From Methanobacteriota archaeon (GTDB taxonomy: Archaea > Thermoplasmatota > Thermoplasmata > SG8-5 > DAIRED01), in assembly GCA_043799545.1 (NCBI GenBank), contig JAZDNO010000009.1, positions 1-64,000 of the forward strand: a DNA stretch of 64,000 bases, read 5' to 3'. Numbering within the stretch: the stretch's first letter is position 1; each line of letters starts with the position of its first letter. Under the pieces are notes generated by a model. The model saw only the letters and a list, made by a program, of their open reading frames with translations. It was not told the origin of the DNA and ran no database searches. Made by a program: the position numbers and the translations under genes. Of the stretch, positions 8,782 through 18,438 are shown piece after piece.

Positions 8782-8992
8782 AGGATTCGGAGCGAAGGCC
8801 CGGGCGCGGATGGGCGCCCGGGCCGAGCCCGCAAAACCCTTTCTCACTCTCACAGCCCCCCGTCCCCCCAGGGGGCATCCATATCACCTCCCTCCAACGG
8901 CGGGGCCTGCCCGGCCCCGCCAAACCTTTCTTTCTGACCGTGATTTTCGGAGCGTGGTTAAAAGTTAATACCAGTTTGCCATTCTCCGGGAC

Positions 8993-9670
8993 ATGTCTCG
9001 AAAGGTGCTCATCGCGCCGTCGATCCTCTCGGCGGACTTCGCGAGGCTGGGTGAGGAGCTGCGCGCAATCGAGCGCGGCGGGGCGGACTGGGTCCACATC
9101 GACATCATGGACGGCCATTTCGTGCCCAACGTGACCATCGGTCCTGTCGCGGTGAAGGGGATGCGGCCCCACTCGAAGCTCGTCTTCGACGTCCACCTGA
9201 TGATGTCCAACCCCCGCAAATATTTGAGGGCGTTTGCGGACGCTGGTGCAGATTACATCACCGTGCACGCGGAGTGCGACGACTGCGTCGCCGAAAGCCT
9301 CGCTGAAATTAGGAGGCTCGGGAAGAAGGCAGGGGTTTCGATAAACCCAGGGACGCCTCTGGACACCGTCGAGGACGCGCTTCGCACCGCTGACCTGCTC
9401 CTGGTTATGACCGTCAAGCCAGGCTTCGCGGGGCAGAAGTTCATGGACAGCGAAGTGCACAAGATTGCCGAGGCGCGAAAGATGATTGACGCCGAGCGCC
9501 TGCCAGTGACGATAGTCGTCGACGGCGGGATAACCACCGAGAACGCCGGGATTGCCGCGGGGGCGGGGGCGGACGTGCTCGTTGCTGGCTCGGCGGTATT
9601 CTGCGGAAAGGGGACTGTGGCGGAGAATATCGAGGCGATACGGGAGAGCGCCATGCGACACGTTCATTAA
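8993..9670 (+). CDS. rpe: Ribulose-phosphate 3-epimerase
   Basis: IAPSILSADF, HIDIMDGHFVPN, DVHLM and VDGGI motifs. Confidence 0.97.
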   Translation: MSRKVLIAPSILSADFARLGEELRAIERGGADWVHIDIMDGHFVPNVTIGPVAVKGMRPHSKLVFDVHLMMSNPRKYLRAFADAGADYITVHAECDDCVAESLAEIRRLGKKAGVSINPGTPLDTVEDALRTADLLLVMTVKPGFAGQKFMDSEVHKIAEARKMIDAERLPVTIVVDGGITTENAGIAAGAGADVLVAGSAVFCGKGTVAENIEAIRESAMRHVH

Positions 9671-9698
9671 CCTGTTGCCCCATCAAGGTCACGATAAC

Positions 9699-9869
9699 AT
9701 GGAGCCTGACTACGCCTGGAAGCTTGCATTCTTCGTCCTGGGAGTCCTAGTGCCGTCCGGAATAATCGCCGCGGACATCATGTGGTTCAGCGCGGACGTA
9801 ATAATAATCATAGCCTGCCTCATCTGGTTCGGCTTCTTCTTCTTCATGGTCGAGGGCGTCACGGAGTGA
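9699..9869 (+). CDS. Small two-TM membrane protein (56 aa)
   Basis: MEPDYAWKLAFFVLG...; two hydrophobic segments; follows rpe. Confidence 0.65.
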   Translation: MEPDYAWKLAFFVLGVLVPSGIIAADIMWFSADVIIIIACLIWFGFFFFMVEGVTE

Positions 9870-11253
9870 GTTTTATCTCGACGATGGATGGCGCCTGCGT
9901 TGCGCTTGCGCTGTTCCAGACGAGAGAATTCCCAGAGAGCTCCGGCGGCGAGCCACCGGTCTGGTTGTAGCCCAGCAGCGTCATGTTGCCGGCCCATTCC
10001 ACGGTCAGCATGTCCACGTAGCCGCCGTTCTTCATCCATGGGTCGACGAGCGTGATGGTGTAATTCTGGGAAACGTTGAGCTCGACCCACACCGTGCAAG
10101 TCCGCGCGTTCTGGTAGGTCTGGTTCAAAGCCTGGACCGTTCCCGAGAGCTCGGCGGTTACGTTCAGGAGGGCGGACTCGTTCGCCAACAGGTTCATCAT
10201 GCCGGTCGCGAAGCGCCTGCAAGCGAGCGCCCAGTCGGGCAGGTACGGCCTCGTCTCGAACGTCGCGTGGAGCTTTTTATCCAGGGACGACCCTTTATCA
10301 TTAAGGGGCTTGAACGCGACCTCGACGAGCGCGCTCCCGTTCGGATGTAGCTCTACCCTGGCGTTGCCCACAACGCTGTCGAAGTATGACGATTCGACCT
10401 CGACAGGCGGCTCCTCCAGCATGACGCCCCTCGCCTCGTCCGCAGTCGGGCCGAACACGCCGACCCACGCGTAGCTGGCGATGGCCAGGCATACGAACAC
10501 CGCCATGACCTGCCTGGCCGTTCCAAGCCTGACGGGCGCGGGCTCTCTCGGCGAGCCAGTCGATGCGACGTACGCGCTGCCGATGGCCGCGAACACGTAC
10601 GTTCCTCCGTACAAGCCGGCGTACCTGTTCTCGACGTCCATGGCGAATGCCGAAAGGGCGACGATGCCGAAGACCAAACCGGGCAGCCAGAGCCCGATTA
10701 TCCTCAGGAGAGGCCTCTTCTCACGGAAAACGTCCACCCTCGCGAATTCCCTTGACACCAGGACGCTGAAAATCAGGGCGAGGATTATCCCGAGCGGTGC
10801 CAGCGCGTTGTGGTCCAAACCGAGGTATGCCGCCGCGACGTACGGGTCGCCGTCCGCGCGCAGGCCGCCGAATGCGAGGTAGAGCGCAGAGGACATTAGC
10901 GCGCTCTCGGCGAAGAGCAGCAGTGCGATTTTCACTGCGCCCTTGGCGGACCTGGCAATCGCAAGCGCCGCCAGACCTAAGAGGGTCGTGACGGCTATCC
11001 CCGCGAGAAGCACAGCCGCCAGCGCTTCGCCCCCCACCCCGGGCAGGTGAAGCGATGCGAAACCGCTCATCGGTGTCGCGTAAACTGCGAAGAAGGAACC
11101 ACCCAGCAACCTGGCTGCCGCGCCGTGTCCGAGGATTTCGTGTATCAGGACCTCGGCGTATCTGAGGCTGATGTAGCCCGCGAAAATCGTGACCACAGCC
11201 GCGGCGTAGTTCAGCTGCCAGTCCCTGACCCGCTCCGGAGAACCGCCGTCCAC
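9859..11253 (-). CDS. Membrane metalloprotease-like protein (M50-like) with C-terminal extramembrane domain
   Basis: HEILGH in the first TM region, later GDP motif, several TM helices, Asn-rich beta C-terminus. Confidence 0.65.
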   Translation of the reverse strand: MDGGSPERVRDWQLNYAAAVVTIFAGYISLRYAEVLIHEILGHGAAARLLGGSFFAVYATPMSGFASLHLPGVGGEALAAVLLAGIAVTTLLGLAALAIARSAKGAVKIALLLFAESALMSSALYLAFGGLRADGDPYVAAAYLGLDHNALAPLGIILALIFSVLVSREFARVDVFREKRPLLRIIGLWLPGLVFGIVALSAFAMDVENRYAGLYGGTYVFAAIGSAYVASTGSPREPAPVRLGTARQVMAVFVCLAIASYAWVGVFGPTADEARGVMLEEPPVEVESSYFDSVVGNARVELHPNGSALVEVAFKPLNDKGSSLDKKLHATFETRPYLPDWALACRRFATGMMNLLANESALLNVTAELSGTVQALNQTYQNARTCTVWVELNVSQNYTITLVDPWMKNGGYVDMLTVEWAGNMTLLGYNQTGGSPPELSGNSLVWNSASATQAPSIVEIKLTP

Positions 11254-11283
11254 GCATGCGGATGCGCCTGGGAATATAGATGC

Positions 11284-12102
11284 CTATCGGCTGAATGCCA
11301 ACTCGAATCCGATGCCGCGTTCCATGCAAGCCTTGCGTGCGGTCGCTTCGACCCCCGGCGCCCTTTTCCTCGGAAAGAAATCCTCTCCGAACGTTGCCCT
11401 CATCCTCGCATCGGCCAGCGGCTTCGACCTGTAGAAGTCGAAGATGACTTTGCTCGCGCCGGCGTCCGCTGCGCCGCCGACTACAGCCTTGACAGATTCC
11501 TCCGAATCGTTGACCCCGAAGATGACGGGCCCCAGAAACACCCACGTTTTCACACCGGCGTCTGCGAATGCCATGGCGGCACCCAGGCGCGCAGACGGCT
11601 TTGGAGCGCCTGGCTCCAGCCCGCGCGCAAGGCTTTCGTCCGTTGTCGTAATCGTGAACCCCACCTCGGGGCTCTGATGGCCCGCAATCAATTCCAGGTC
11701 GCGCAGCGCGAGGTCGGATTTTGTCTGGATGCAGACCGGATGGTTGCGCTCGCGCAGGATTTCGAGGCATCCGCGGGTCAGACCGCGCTTGGCTTCCGCG
11801 GGCTGGTACGGGTCCGTGACCGTACCGAGTCCAATCACGCCTGGCTTCGCCCTCCGCAGCTCGGCCGAGAGCCTCGCCTCGAGGTTCCGCTTCGCCTCCG
11901 CCCAGGAGCCCCATTCGCCCCTCTGGCCGAGCCTCAGGACGTCCTGCGCGTAGCAGTACGAGCAAGCGTGCGCGCATCCGACGTACGGATTTAGGGCGTA
12001 GCTGAGCCCGGGCAGCCTGGAAGGGTTCATCGCGCGGGAGCATGCGACCTCTCCGACGCCGTCGTTCCCTTCTCCGGCGAGGGTGCTCTGGACGTACCTC
12101 AT
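11284..12102 (-). CDS. Radical SAM protein, SplB/spore photoproduct lyase-like family
   Basis: LNPYVGCAHACSYCYA (CX3CX2C), TDPYQPAE and IQTKS motifs; ATG overlaps the nreA stop. Confidence 0.9.
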   Translation of the reverse strand: MRYVQSTLAGEGNDGVGEVACSRAMNPSRLPGLSYALNPYVGCAHACSYCYAQDVLRLGQRGEWGSWAEAKRNLEARLSAELRRAKPGVIGLGTVTDPYQPAEAKRGLTRGCLEILRERNHPVCIQTKSDLALRDLELIAGHQSPEVGFTITTTDESLARGLEPGAPKPSARLGAAMAFADAGVKTWVFLGPVIFGVNDSEESVKAVVGGAADAGASKVIFDFYRSKPLADARMRATFGEDFFPRKRAPGVEATARKACMERGIGFELAFSR

Positions 12103-13424
12103 GCCGGCTCCTCCGGCAGGCGCTCCAGCGCGTCGCCGCGTGCAGAGAGAAAGTCCTCTATCCGCCTCTGCTGGATGACGTCCTTCAATATCGCACTGTT
12201 GTTTATCCAGCGCTTCGGGGGTATCTCCATCCGTTTGGAGACGTGGTCGAGCGCCTCGCGCAGTGTGTCGAAGCGCGACGGTGCCTGGCGGAGGGCATTC
12301 CTCACGTTCTCGCGAACGTTCCAGACTCCGACAGGCATGATGTAGCCTGGGTGGGATTCCCTGAGAATCACGGCTCCGGCCTGCCTGCGCTCCGCGTCGA
12401 GGACTTCGTTCACGGCCATCCTGGCGGCGTAGTAGCAGCCTCCGATTTCCGCGTAGGTCTTCCGCCCCTCGTAGAACTCGTGAGAGGAGCATATAGAAAC
12501 GTCGCTGCCGTACGGGTTCCATACGGTCTTCGGGTACCACGCCTCGATGAGCTCGTAGCGCCACGAGGTCGGCATGAATATCACGCACCATCGGTTGTCC
12601 AGCGCGTCGTAGTCGTAGACCCGGAACCCGTTTATCAGGGGGTTGCGCTTCGTTCGACGCAGCATCTCCTTGCCAAGGATGTCGTCCACCGCGGTTATGG
12701 ACCACCTGGTCGGGACGAACTTGCGGTTGCGCCCGAGGCCGAACGCGCCGACGCTGAAAGCTTTCTGGATGCGCGATACCATCGTGCCCGATTTGTAAAG
12801 GTTCACCACCGCCTCCGTCGAGAGCAAATCCGTGTCCGAATAGGCTTTGTCGATTCTCTGGTCTATCTTCAGGTTTCCCACTCGCAAACCCCGCAGGGGT
12901 GCGGACGGCCCGAAGGGCTGGACCTCGTCGTCCAGCGATAGCTTTCCCATCGGACGCCTTTCAAAAACCGCCTCCGCCTCCGATGGATTTCCGGTCATCG
13001 CCATCTCCCTGGTGGCATCGACGATGCGCCCCCCTCCCTCGACGTTCGTGATCTCGACCCTGTGCATCCCCCTGACCAGCCTGGAGCGGAAATCCACTAT
13101 TCCCTCCATCGTGATGTCTCGCCACATCTCCGGCGTGTCCATCACGGTCGTGTCGCCGTGGTCCGGGGGGATGAGCGGGCCGACCATGACCTTCGGGTAG
13201 CCGAAGCGGCCTATGAAAACGCCTGGCGGGGACGTCCCGTCGAGCTCCAGCCCGTCGATCGCGGGTCGGCTGCGCGTTATCGCGTGGTACTTGACCAGCA
13301 CCGGGCACCTGTCCTTTCCGCACATCAGGTATCGGCCTTTGCAGACCGCGCAGCGCGAGCCGCCGCCGGAGCTGGGCGTCACTCCCTGGACCCGCCCAGA
13401 GAAAATGTCCCTTGACCCATCCAT
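12099..13424 (-). CDS. nreA: Nre family DNA repair protein
   Basis: N-terminal CxxC..CG..CP, SPPGVFIGRFGYPKV, FVPTRWSITAVDD, GGCYYAAR; PIP-like QRRIEDFL. Confidence 0.92.
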   Translation of the reverse strand: MDGSRDIFSGRVQGVTPSSGGGSRCAVCKGRYLMCGKDRCPVLVKYHAITRSRPAIDGLELDGTSPPGVFIGRFGYPKVMVGPLIPPDHGDTTVMDTPEMWRDITMEGIVDFRSRLVRGMHRVEITNVEGGGRIVDATREMAMTGNPSEAEAVFERRPMGKLSLDDEVQPFGPSAPLRGLRVGNLKIDQRIDKAYSDTDLLSTEAVVNLYKSGTMVSRIQKAFSVGAFGLGRNRKFVPTRWSITAVDDILGKEMLRRTKRNPLINGFRVYDYDALDNRWCVIFMPTSWRYELIEAWYPKTVWNPYGSDVSICSSHEFYEGRKTYAEIGGCYYAARMAVNEVLDAERRQAGAVILRESHPGYIMPVGVWNVRENVRNALRQAPSRFDTLREALDHVSKRMEIPPKRWINNSAILKDVIQQRRIEDFLSARGDALERLPEEPA

Positions 13425-13583
13425 CGGTGCAATATTGTCGGGCGGGATATATTAAGATGAGGGGCGGGTGGGCGAAACTACGATTTCAACTCGTGCGGGG
13501 GTGGCGAATGGCCACTTCCCGTCCACTTCTTCCCACTCGGGATATAACCCGTGACCGCGCATTGAGGATATGGAGGCAATAAA

Positions 13584-13655
13584 ATGCTAGAATACATAAA
13601 CCCGGCAGTGGAAATGTTGAGGAGCCTGAGGCCGCGAAAGGTCCACGGAGCCTGA
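13584..13655 (+). CDS. Possible 23-aa peptide upstream of ABC transporter
   Basis: GGAGG RBS then MLEYINPAVEMLRSLRPRKVHGA; supported only by the RBS and position. Confidence 0.3.
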   Translation: MLEYINPAVEMLRSLRPRKVHGA

Positions 13656-13677
13656 GAACCGCCGAAGGAGGCATGGC

Positions 13678-14628
13678 ATGGCTCAATCGGAAGGGGTTAA
13701 GTATGACCTGGGGGATTCGCTCCCGATGGATGCGATAGATGTCAGAGGCGTGAGCAAGACGTACCACACGGGAACGGTCGCCCTCACGGACGTCAGCTTC
13801 ACCATAGAGCGCGGCACTGTCTTCTGCCTGCTCGGCAGGAACGGCGCTGGCAAAACTACCCTCCTCAGGATTCTCGCCACCCAGCTAAGGCCGACCGCAG
13901 GCAGCGCTGTCGTGCTCGGTCACGACGTGGTCAATGACGTGGAGGCGCTGAGGCAGAAGATTGCAGTCGTCCCGCAGGAGGCGCGGCCGCTGATGATGCT
14001 CTCAGCCTGGGACCACATCTACTACTGGTGCAAGATACGCGGGATGAACACCGAGCAGGCGAAGGCGCGCGCAAAAGAGATAATGGTCGAGCTGGAGCTC
14101 TGGGAGCACAAGGACAAGCTGACGGCCGACCTGTCAGGCGGGCTGCGCCAGAGGGTGATAATAGGCATAGCTCTCATCCCCGACGCGGAGCTGGTCTTCC
14201 TCGACGAGCCTTCGATAGGGCTGGATCCGCTCGGGCGCAGGGTCGTCTGGAACATCATACGGAAGCTGACGCAGAAGGGAGTGACCGTCGTCCTGACGAC
14301 GCACTACATGGACGAGGCTGAGAACCTGGCCAGCAAGCTCCTCATCATCGAGAAGGGGAAGTCCGTCTTCTTCGGGACTGTCGAAGAGGCGAAGAAGGCC
14401 ACGCACGCGGAGATGAAGATGATACTGCAGAAGCCTGGCACGACGACGCTGGACAGGGAGGTCCTGACGCCGCACTCCGACCAGGAGATAATCGAGACGG
14501 TGCAGCGCGGAATCAGGGAGGGGAAGCTCATCACTTTCAAGCCTCCGACGCTGGAAGAGGCGTTCATACACTTTGCGGGCGGTTCGATTGACGAGTCAGA
14601 CGACTTCCGGGGGGGTACCCATGAATAA
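13678..14628 (+). CDS. ABC transporter ATP-binding subunit (DrrA-like); alternative start 13726
   Basis: GRNGAGKT Walker A, LSGG signature, FLDEP Walker B, TTH switch. Confidence 0.95.
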   Translation: MAQSEGVKYDLGDSLPMDAIDVRGVSKTYHTGTVALTDVSFTIERGTVFCLLGRNGAGKTTLLRILATQLRPTAGSAVVLGHDVVNDVEALRQKIAVVPQEARPLMMLSAWDHIYYWCKIRGMNTEQAKARAKEIMVELELWEHKDKLTADLSGGLRQRVIIGIALIPDAELVFLDEPSIGLDPLGRRVVWNIIRKLTQKGVTVVLTTHYMDEAENLASKLLIIEKGKSVFFGTVEEAKKATHAEMKMILQKPGTTTLDREVLTPHSDQEIIETVQRGIREGKLITFKPPTLEEAFIHFAGGSIDESDDFRGGTHE

Positions 14629-15361
14629 CCGCATACGCCAGGCGTTCTACATCGGGATGCTGGACATCCTGCCCCTGCTGAGGGACCCGATGATACTCCT
14701 CATGATATCGATGATATCCTTCATGCCGGTGATATTCATGGGCTTGCTGGGAAGCGGCGAGATGGCCGTCCAGGCGCTCGTCGGGGCTGTCGTGCTGACC
14801 CTGTTCTTCGGCGGAATCCAGGTCGCCCAGTCCGCCTACTTCAACAAGCACTGGTTCAGGTTCCAGGATATGTACGTCGCCTCGCCAGTCAACTTCACGG
14901 CGTACGCGATGGGCCTCTCGATTTCGACGCTCATCGGGGCGCTGCCGGCGACTGCGGTCGCGACGATAATACTCATATTCAGCCACCACGTCAGCATATT
15001 CGGCGTCCTGATGATGCTGGTCGTCTCGTTCACCCTCTGGGTCTGCACCGTTTTCCTCGGCTTCACCCTCGGCTCCTCGCTGAAGGACACGCGCAAGGCC
15101 AACTCGATTCCCCAGGTTCTGGGGTTCGTACTGGGCTTCCTGCCGCCCGTCTACTACCCGATGAGCCTGCTGAAGAGCCCGATACTCCAGTGGCTGGCGA
15201 TGCTCTCTCCGACTACGCACGCGGCCCAGCTCTCGAAGTTCTACCTCGGCCTCATAGAAATCCCCTGGTGGCAGGAGGTCTTCGGGTGGGTCTACCTGTT
15301 CGGGTTCACGGCCATCATGATTGTCCTGGCAAAGAGATGGGCTAGATGGACGGATTCGTGA
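14621..15361 (+). CDS. ABC-2 type permease
   Basis: Six TM helices, PPVYYP..SPTTH motif, overlaps the ATPase stop. Confidence 0.9.
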   Translation: MNNRIRQAFYIGMLDILPLLRDPMILLMISMISFMPVIFMGLLGSGEMAVQALVGAVVLTLFFGGIQVAQSAYFNKHWFRFQDMYVASPVNFTAYAMGLSISTLIGALPATAVATIILIFSHHVSIFGVLMMLVVSFTLWVCTVFLGFTLGSSLKDTRKANSIPQVLGFVLGFLPPVYYPMSLLKSPILQWLAMLSPTTHAAQLSKFYLGLIEIPWWQEVFGWVYLFGFTAIMIVLAKRWARWTDS

Positions 15362-15422
15362 GCAGGCTGGCGGCAGGAAAGATTAAAATAGCATCCGCCG
15401 GTTAGGCGGGCTGAGGAAAAAG

Positions 15423-16154
15423 ATGCTGACACGTTCCGAGGACGCGATGGGGCTCTCCTTCTGGGACTGCCACAAGGGCAAGAACAGTGACGGACACGTC
15501 ATAGAGCGGGACGACGGCTTCGTCGACGTTGACACTCTGAGGAGCTATTTCCAGGAATACGAGGACTGGTCCAGCGAGGAGAAGAGCGCGATGAGGCTCT
15601 GCAGGGGGCGAGTGCTTGACGTGGGATGCGGCGTAGGAAAGCATTCGATTCACCTCCAGGGAAAGGGTCTGGACGTCCTCGGGATAGACAACTCGCCGCT
15701 GGCGCTGAAGGTTTGCCGGGAGCGGGGGCTGAAGCGCACGAAGTGCATGTCCGCTGACGAGGTCGAGGGCAAGCTGGGGAAGTTCGACACCGTAATAATG
15801 ATGGGGAACAACTTCGGGCTGTTCGAGAACCCGGAAAAGGCAAGGGAGATGCTGGCCACATTCCATCGTGCGACCTCGCCGGGCGCGAGGATAATCGCCC
15901 AGACGATGGACCCCTACGCAACGGAGAAGAAAGGCCACCTGGAGTACCAGGCGCGGAACCGTAGGCTGGGGAGGATGCCGGGCCAGATTAGGCTGCGCAT
16001 CAGGTACGACAGGCTTGCGACGCCGTGGTTCGACTACCTCATCGTCTCGCGAGAGGAGATGAAGGAAATCCTCCGGGGCACCGGCTGGAAGGTCTCCAGG
16101 TTCATCGGGAAAGGGGCGTTGTACATCGCCGTCATTGTGAAGACCGGGCGATGA
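15423..16154 (+). CDS. Class I SAM-dependent methyltransferase
   Basis: VLDVGCGVG motif I, GIDNS, FDTVIMMGNNFG. Confidence 0.9.
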   Translation: MLTRSEDAMGLSFWDCHKGKNSDGHVIERDDGFVDVDTLRSYFQEYEDWSSEEKSAMRLCRGRVLDVGCGVGKHSIHLQGKGLDVLGIDNSPLALKVCRERGLKRTKCMSADEVEGKLGKFDTVIMMGNNFGLFENPEKAREMLATFHRATSPGARIIAQTMDPYATEKKGHLEYQARNRRLGRMPGQIRLRIRYDRLATPWFDYLIVSREEMKEILRGTGWKVSRFIGKGALYIAVIVKTGR

Positions 16155-16212
16155 GCGCACCAGCCAATCCCGCGCATCGCCGCTCCACCGCACGCGCCAG
16201 GAGTAGAAAAAA

Positions 16213-17235
16213 TTAAATCTCGTCCAGGTCCACGCCGCAAAGCTTTCCCAGCTCGGCGTGCAGCACATTTATCCGTTCGGCGGCCTCGTTCAGGCCCTGG
16301 CGGCGGAACTTGGCGACGGTCGTTGCGACCTTAATCTTCCTCCCGCCACCGATCAGGTTGTCGGCGTGCGCCACCACCTTCTCCTCAAGCGTCATCGGGG
16401 TGTAGTCGCGCACCGGAAGGCCGAACCTCGCGGCCTCGTCCGGGGGGATGCCCGCGCCCATGTGGCGCTCGACGATGTGGACGATGGAAGTCGGCAAGCC
16501 CAATCGCTTGGCTATGCACCCGCCCTCCACCGCGTGCATTATTCCGTGCGTCTTCGAACGACCGATGTCGTGCAGTATGGCCCCCGCGCTGACAAGCTCC
16601 AAGTCGGCTCCGCAGAGCCTGCCGATTTGCATTGCCAGCTTCTCGACTGCGGTCACGTGGGCGATGACTTCTTTGGAACAACCCGCGCTCTTCATCAGGG
16701 CGAGCGCCTCCGCCCTCGACGGCACAGGCGCTACGCTGACGACCGTCTTTCCCCTCGGGTTCGGAACGACCCGCGTGCTGCCGGCCAGGTCGCTCCTCAG
16801 CCCTTCGCCGGACAGGAGCCGGTCCAGGAAAACCCCGAGCGCGGCCACCTCCGAGTGGGGCTGGTTGCCCACAGCGACGTTGAAATCGGCCATCTGATAA
16901 ACCTCGGCCGGGACCTTCTCCGCACCGACGATAATAAGGATGTCTGAATCCCTGGGAATCTTCGGCAGGGCGTCGTCCAGATGCTCGCCGTACATCGTCA
17001 GGTGTACTTTGACGCCCCTCCATTTCCTCATCTCGGTTTTCCAGCTGACGCCTGTCTTGATGCGGAAATCGCCGCCCCATCTCGGGACGAGCTTTTCTAT
17101 CGTCGCCTCAAGGCCAGCATCCTGCGTCGAGACCATGACTTCCGAGGCACCGAAAGCTCGCGCGGTGAGCGCAACGTGCGTCGTGACCCTCTTGTCCCTT
17201 GATGGACGGTGGCCTATCCTCAGAACCGATATCAT
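16213..17235 (-). CDS. trm56: tRNA (cytidine-56-2'-O)-methyltransferase with C-terminal HD domain
   Basis: LRIGHRPSRDKRVTTHV, HLTMYG and VGNQPHSEV motifs; HDIG, H and AHAD in the C-terminus. Confidence 0.95.
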   Translation of the reverse strand: MISVLRIGHRPSRDKRVTTHVALTARAFGASEVMVSTQDAGLEATIEKLVPRWGGDFRIKTGVSWKTEMRKWRGVKVHLTMYGEHLDDALPKIPRDSDILIIVGAEKVPAEVYQMADFNVAVGNQPHSEVAALGVFLDRLLSGEGLRSDLAGSTRVVPNPRGKTVVSVAPVPSRAEALALMKSAGCSKEVIAHVTAVEKLAMQIGRLCGADLELVSAGAILHDIGRSKTHGIMHAVEGGCIAKRLGLPTSIVHIVERHMGAGIPPDEAARFGLPVRDYTPMTLEEKVVAHADNLIGGGRKIKVATTVAKFRRQGLNEAAERINVLHAELGKLCGVDLDEI

Positions 17236-17243
17236 GCCCCGGG

Positions 17244-17756
17244 CTACTCCTTGAAACGCTCTATCCTGTGCCCGCGGTACTCGAGCTTCGATGAGCGCTT
17301 GACAAGGCTCTTCATCATCGTCTGGGAGACCTTCAGCTCCTCCGCGATGTCCCCCGCGAATTTTCCTTCAGCGCCGACCGCCTTGTAGACCGCATCCTCA
17401 AGCTTCTTGAACCTGGCGTCCGTCATAACCGCGACTGACAGGACGTCGCAGATTTCGTATATCGGGCATGAGGCGGTTATCTGGAATGACGAATAATAGG
17501 TGTGATACGCCTTCTCGGGACCAGACGTCGCCGTCGTCGCTCCGGGAGGCTGCTGCCAGCGCGTTTCGACCAGCTTCATCTTGTCGAACAGGTTGAGGGC
17601 GCTCTTCCCGGCCTCTCCGTACTTAGCCTTTATCTCCCTTGCGGTACGCCAGTCCAGGGAGACCTCCTTGAGGACTTCCTTCTTCACGTCCGTGTCGACC
17701 GCGCGGAAGATTGACACCAGGTCCGCGGCCTCGTTGACTACCTTAATTCTGTTCAT
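17244..17756 (-). CDS. Winged-helix (ArsR-like) transcriptional regulator
   Basis: Two wHTH-like segments; recognised conserved archaeal family. Confidence 0.65.
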   Translation of the reverse strand: MNRIKVVNEAADLVSIFRAVDTDVKKEVLKEVSLDWRTAREIKAKYGEAGKSALNLFDKMKLVETRWQQPPGATTATSGPEKAYHTYYSSFQITASCPIYEICDVLSVAVMTDARFKKLEDAVYKAVGAEGKFAGDIAEELKVSQTMMKSLVKRSSKLEYRGHRIERFKE

Positions 17757-17810
17757 TGCGCATCCTTTTATAGCTCCTGTATGGCCTTTCGTCGATATAA
17801 ATCTGCGCTC

Positions 17811-18350
17811 TCACCTGCGCCAGTACTTCATTATCGCAAATACGAGCAAAATGGCGGCTATCGCGTGCATCAAAACACTTGATGGCAATTTGCCAAAGGG
17901 CATCAAGTTCAATCCCTCGATGGGGTCCCATGGCCAGAAAAGCGGGTTGTGCGGGTGGCTGAACAGGTCGATGAAAACGTGGCTGACTGTGCCCACCAAC
18001 GCCGAAAAAACGACCGTCGGGTTGGTCATCCGCCGCTGGTTCGTGTCGATGCCTGCAAAAATGTGCGCCCGGTCATTTGGATATTTGATGCTGAGCCAGG
18101 AGATTAGAGGCGCCGCAACGAAGTGCGCGTAGGCAAGGGCGAATATCATGTCGATTGTCAGCGCCCCCAATAACGAGTGCATCGGCCCCCTGGCGGCCTC
18201 CATGCCGCCCATGACGGGCCACATCAGAAGCAGTTCCATGTCGGGTATGAACGAGCCAATCGCCAGCGGGAGGAATTCCAGGCGCATTTTGAAGCGCGAG
18301 AAAACCGGCAGGGTGAAGCCTAGGTGGAGAGGGCCGACGGGCATTGGCAC
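17811..18350 (-). CDS. DUF4184-like membrane-bound metal-dependent hydrolase
   Basis: GSFIPD, HS..G and SHVFIDLFSH motifs. Confidence 0.75.
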   Translation of the reverse strand: MPMPVGPLHLGFTLPVFSRFKMRLEFLPLAIGSFIPDMELLLMWPVMGGMEAARGPMHSLLGALTIDMIFALAYAHFVAAPLISWLSIKYPNDRAHIFAGIDTNQRRMTNPTVVFSALVGTVSHVFIDLFSHPHNPLFWPWDPIEGLNLMPFGKLPSSVLMHAIAAILLVFAIMKYWRR

Positions 18351-18438
18351 ATCAATGGACTATGGGGTTAATACCGTTTGCCTCTTAGCATCCCAGCAAC
18401 GGTTATATAGAATAGTAATCTACCCATGGTCGTAGAAT

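Noticed and set aside
8993-9670. Bacterial-type rpe (and dus at 45262) in an archaeon
   Set aside because: Both occur in several archaeal lineages including Thermoplasmata; host-like codon usage
16213-17235. Trm56-HD fusion as a novelty
   Set aside because: The C-terminal HD-like extension of Trm56 is already known in Thermoplasmatales
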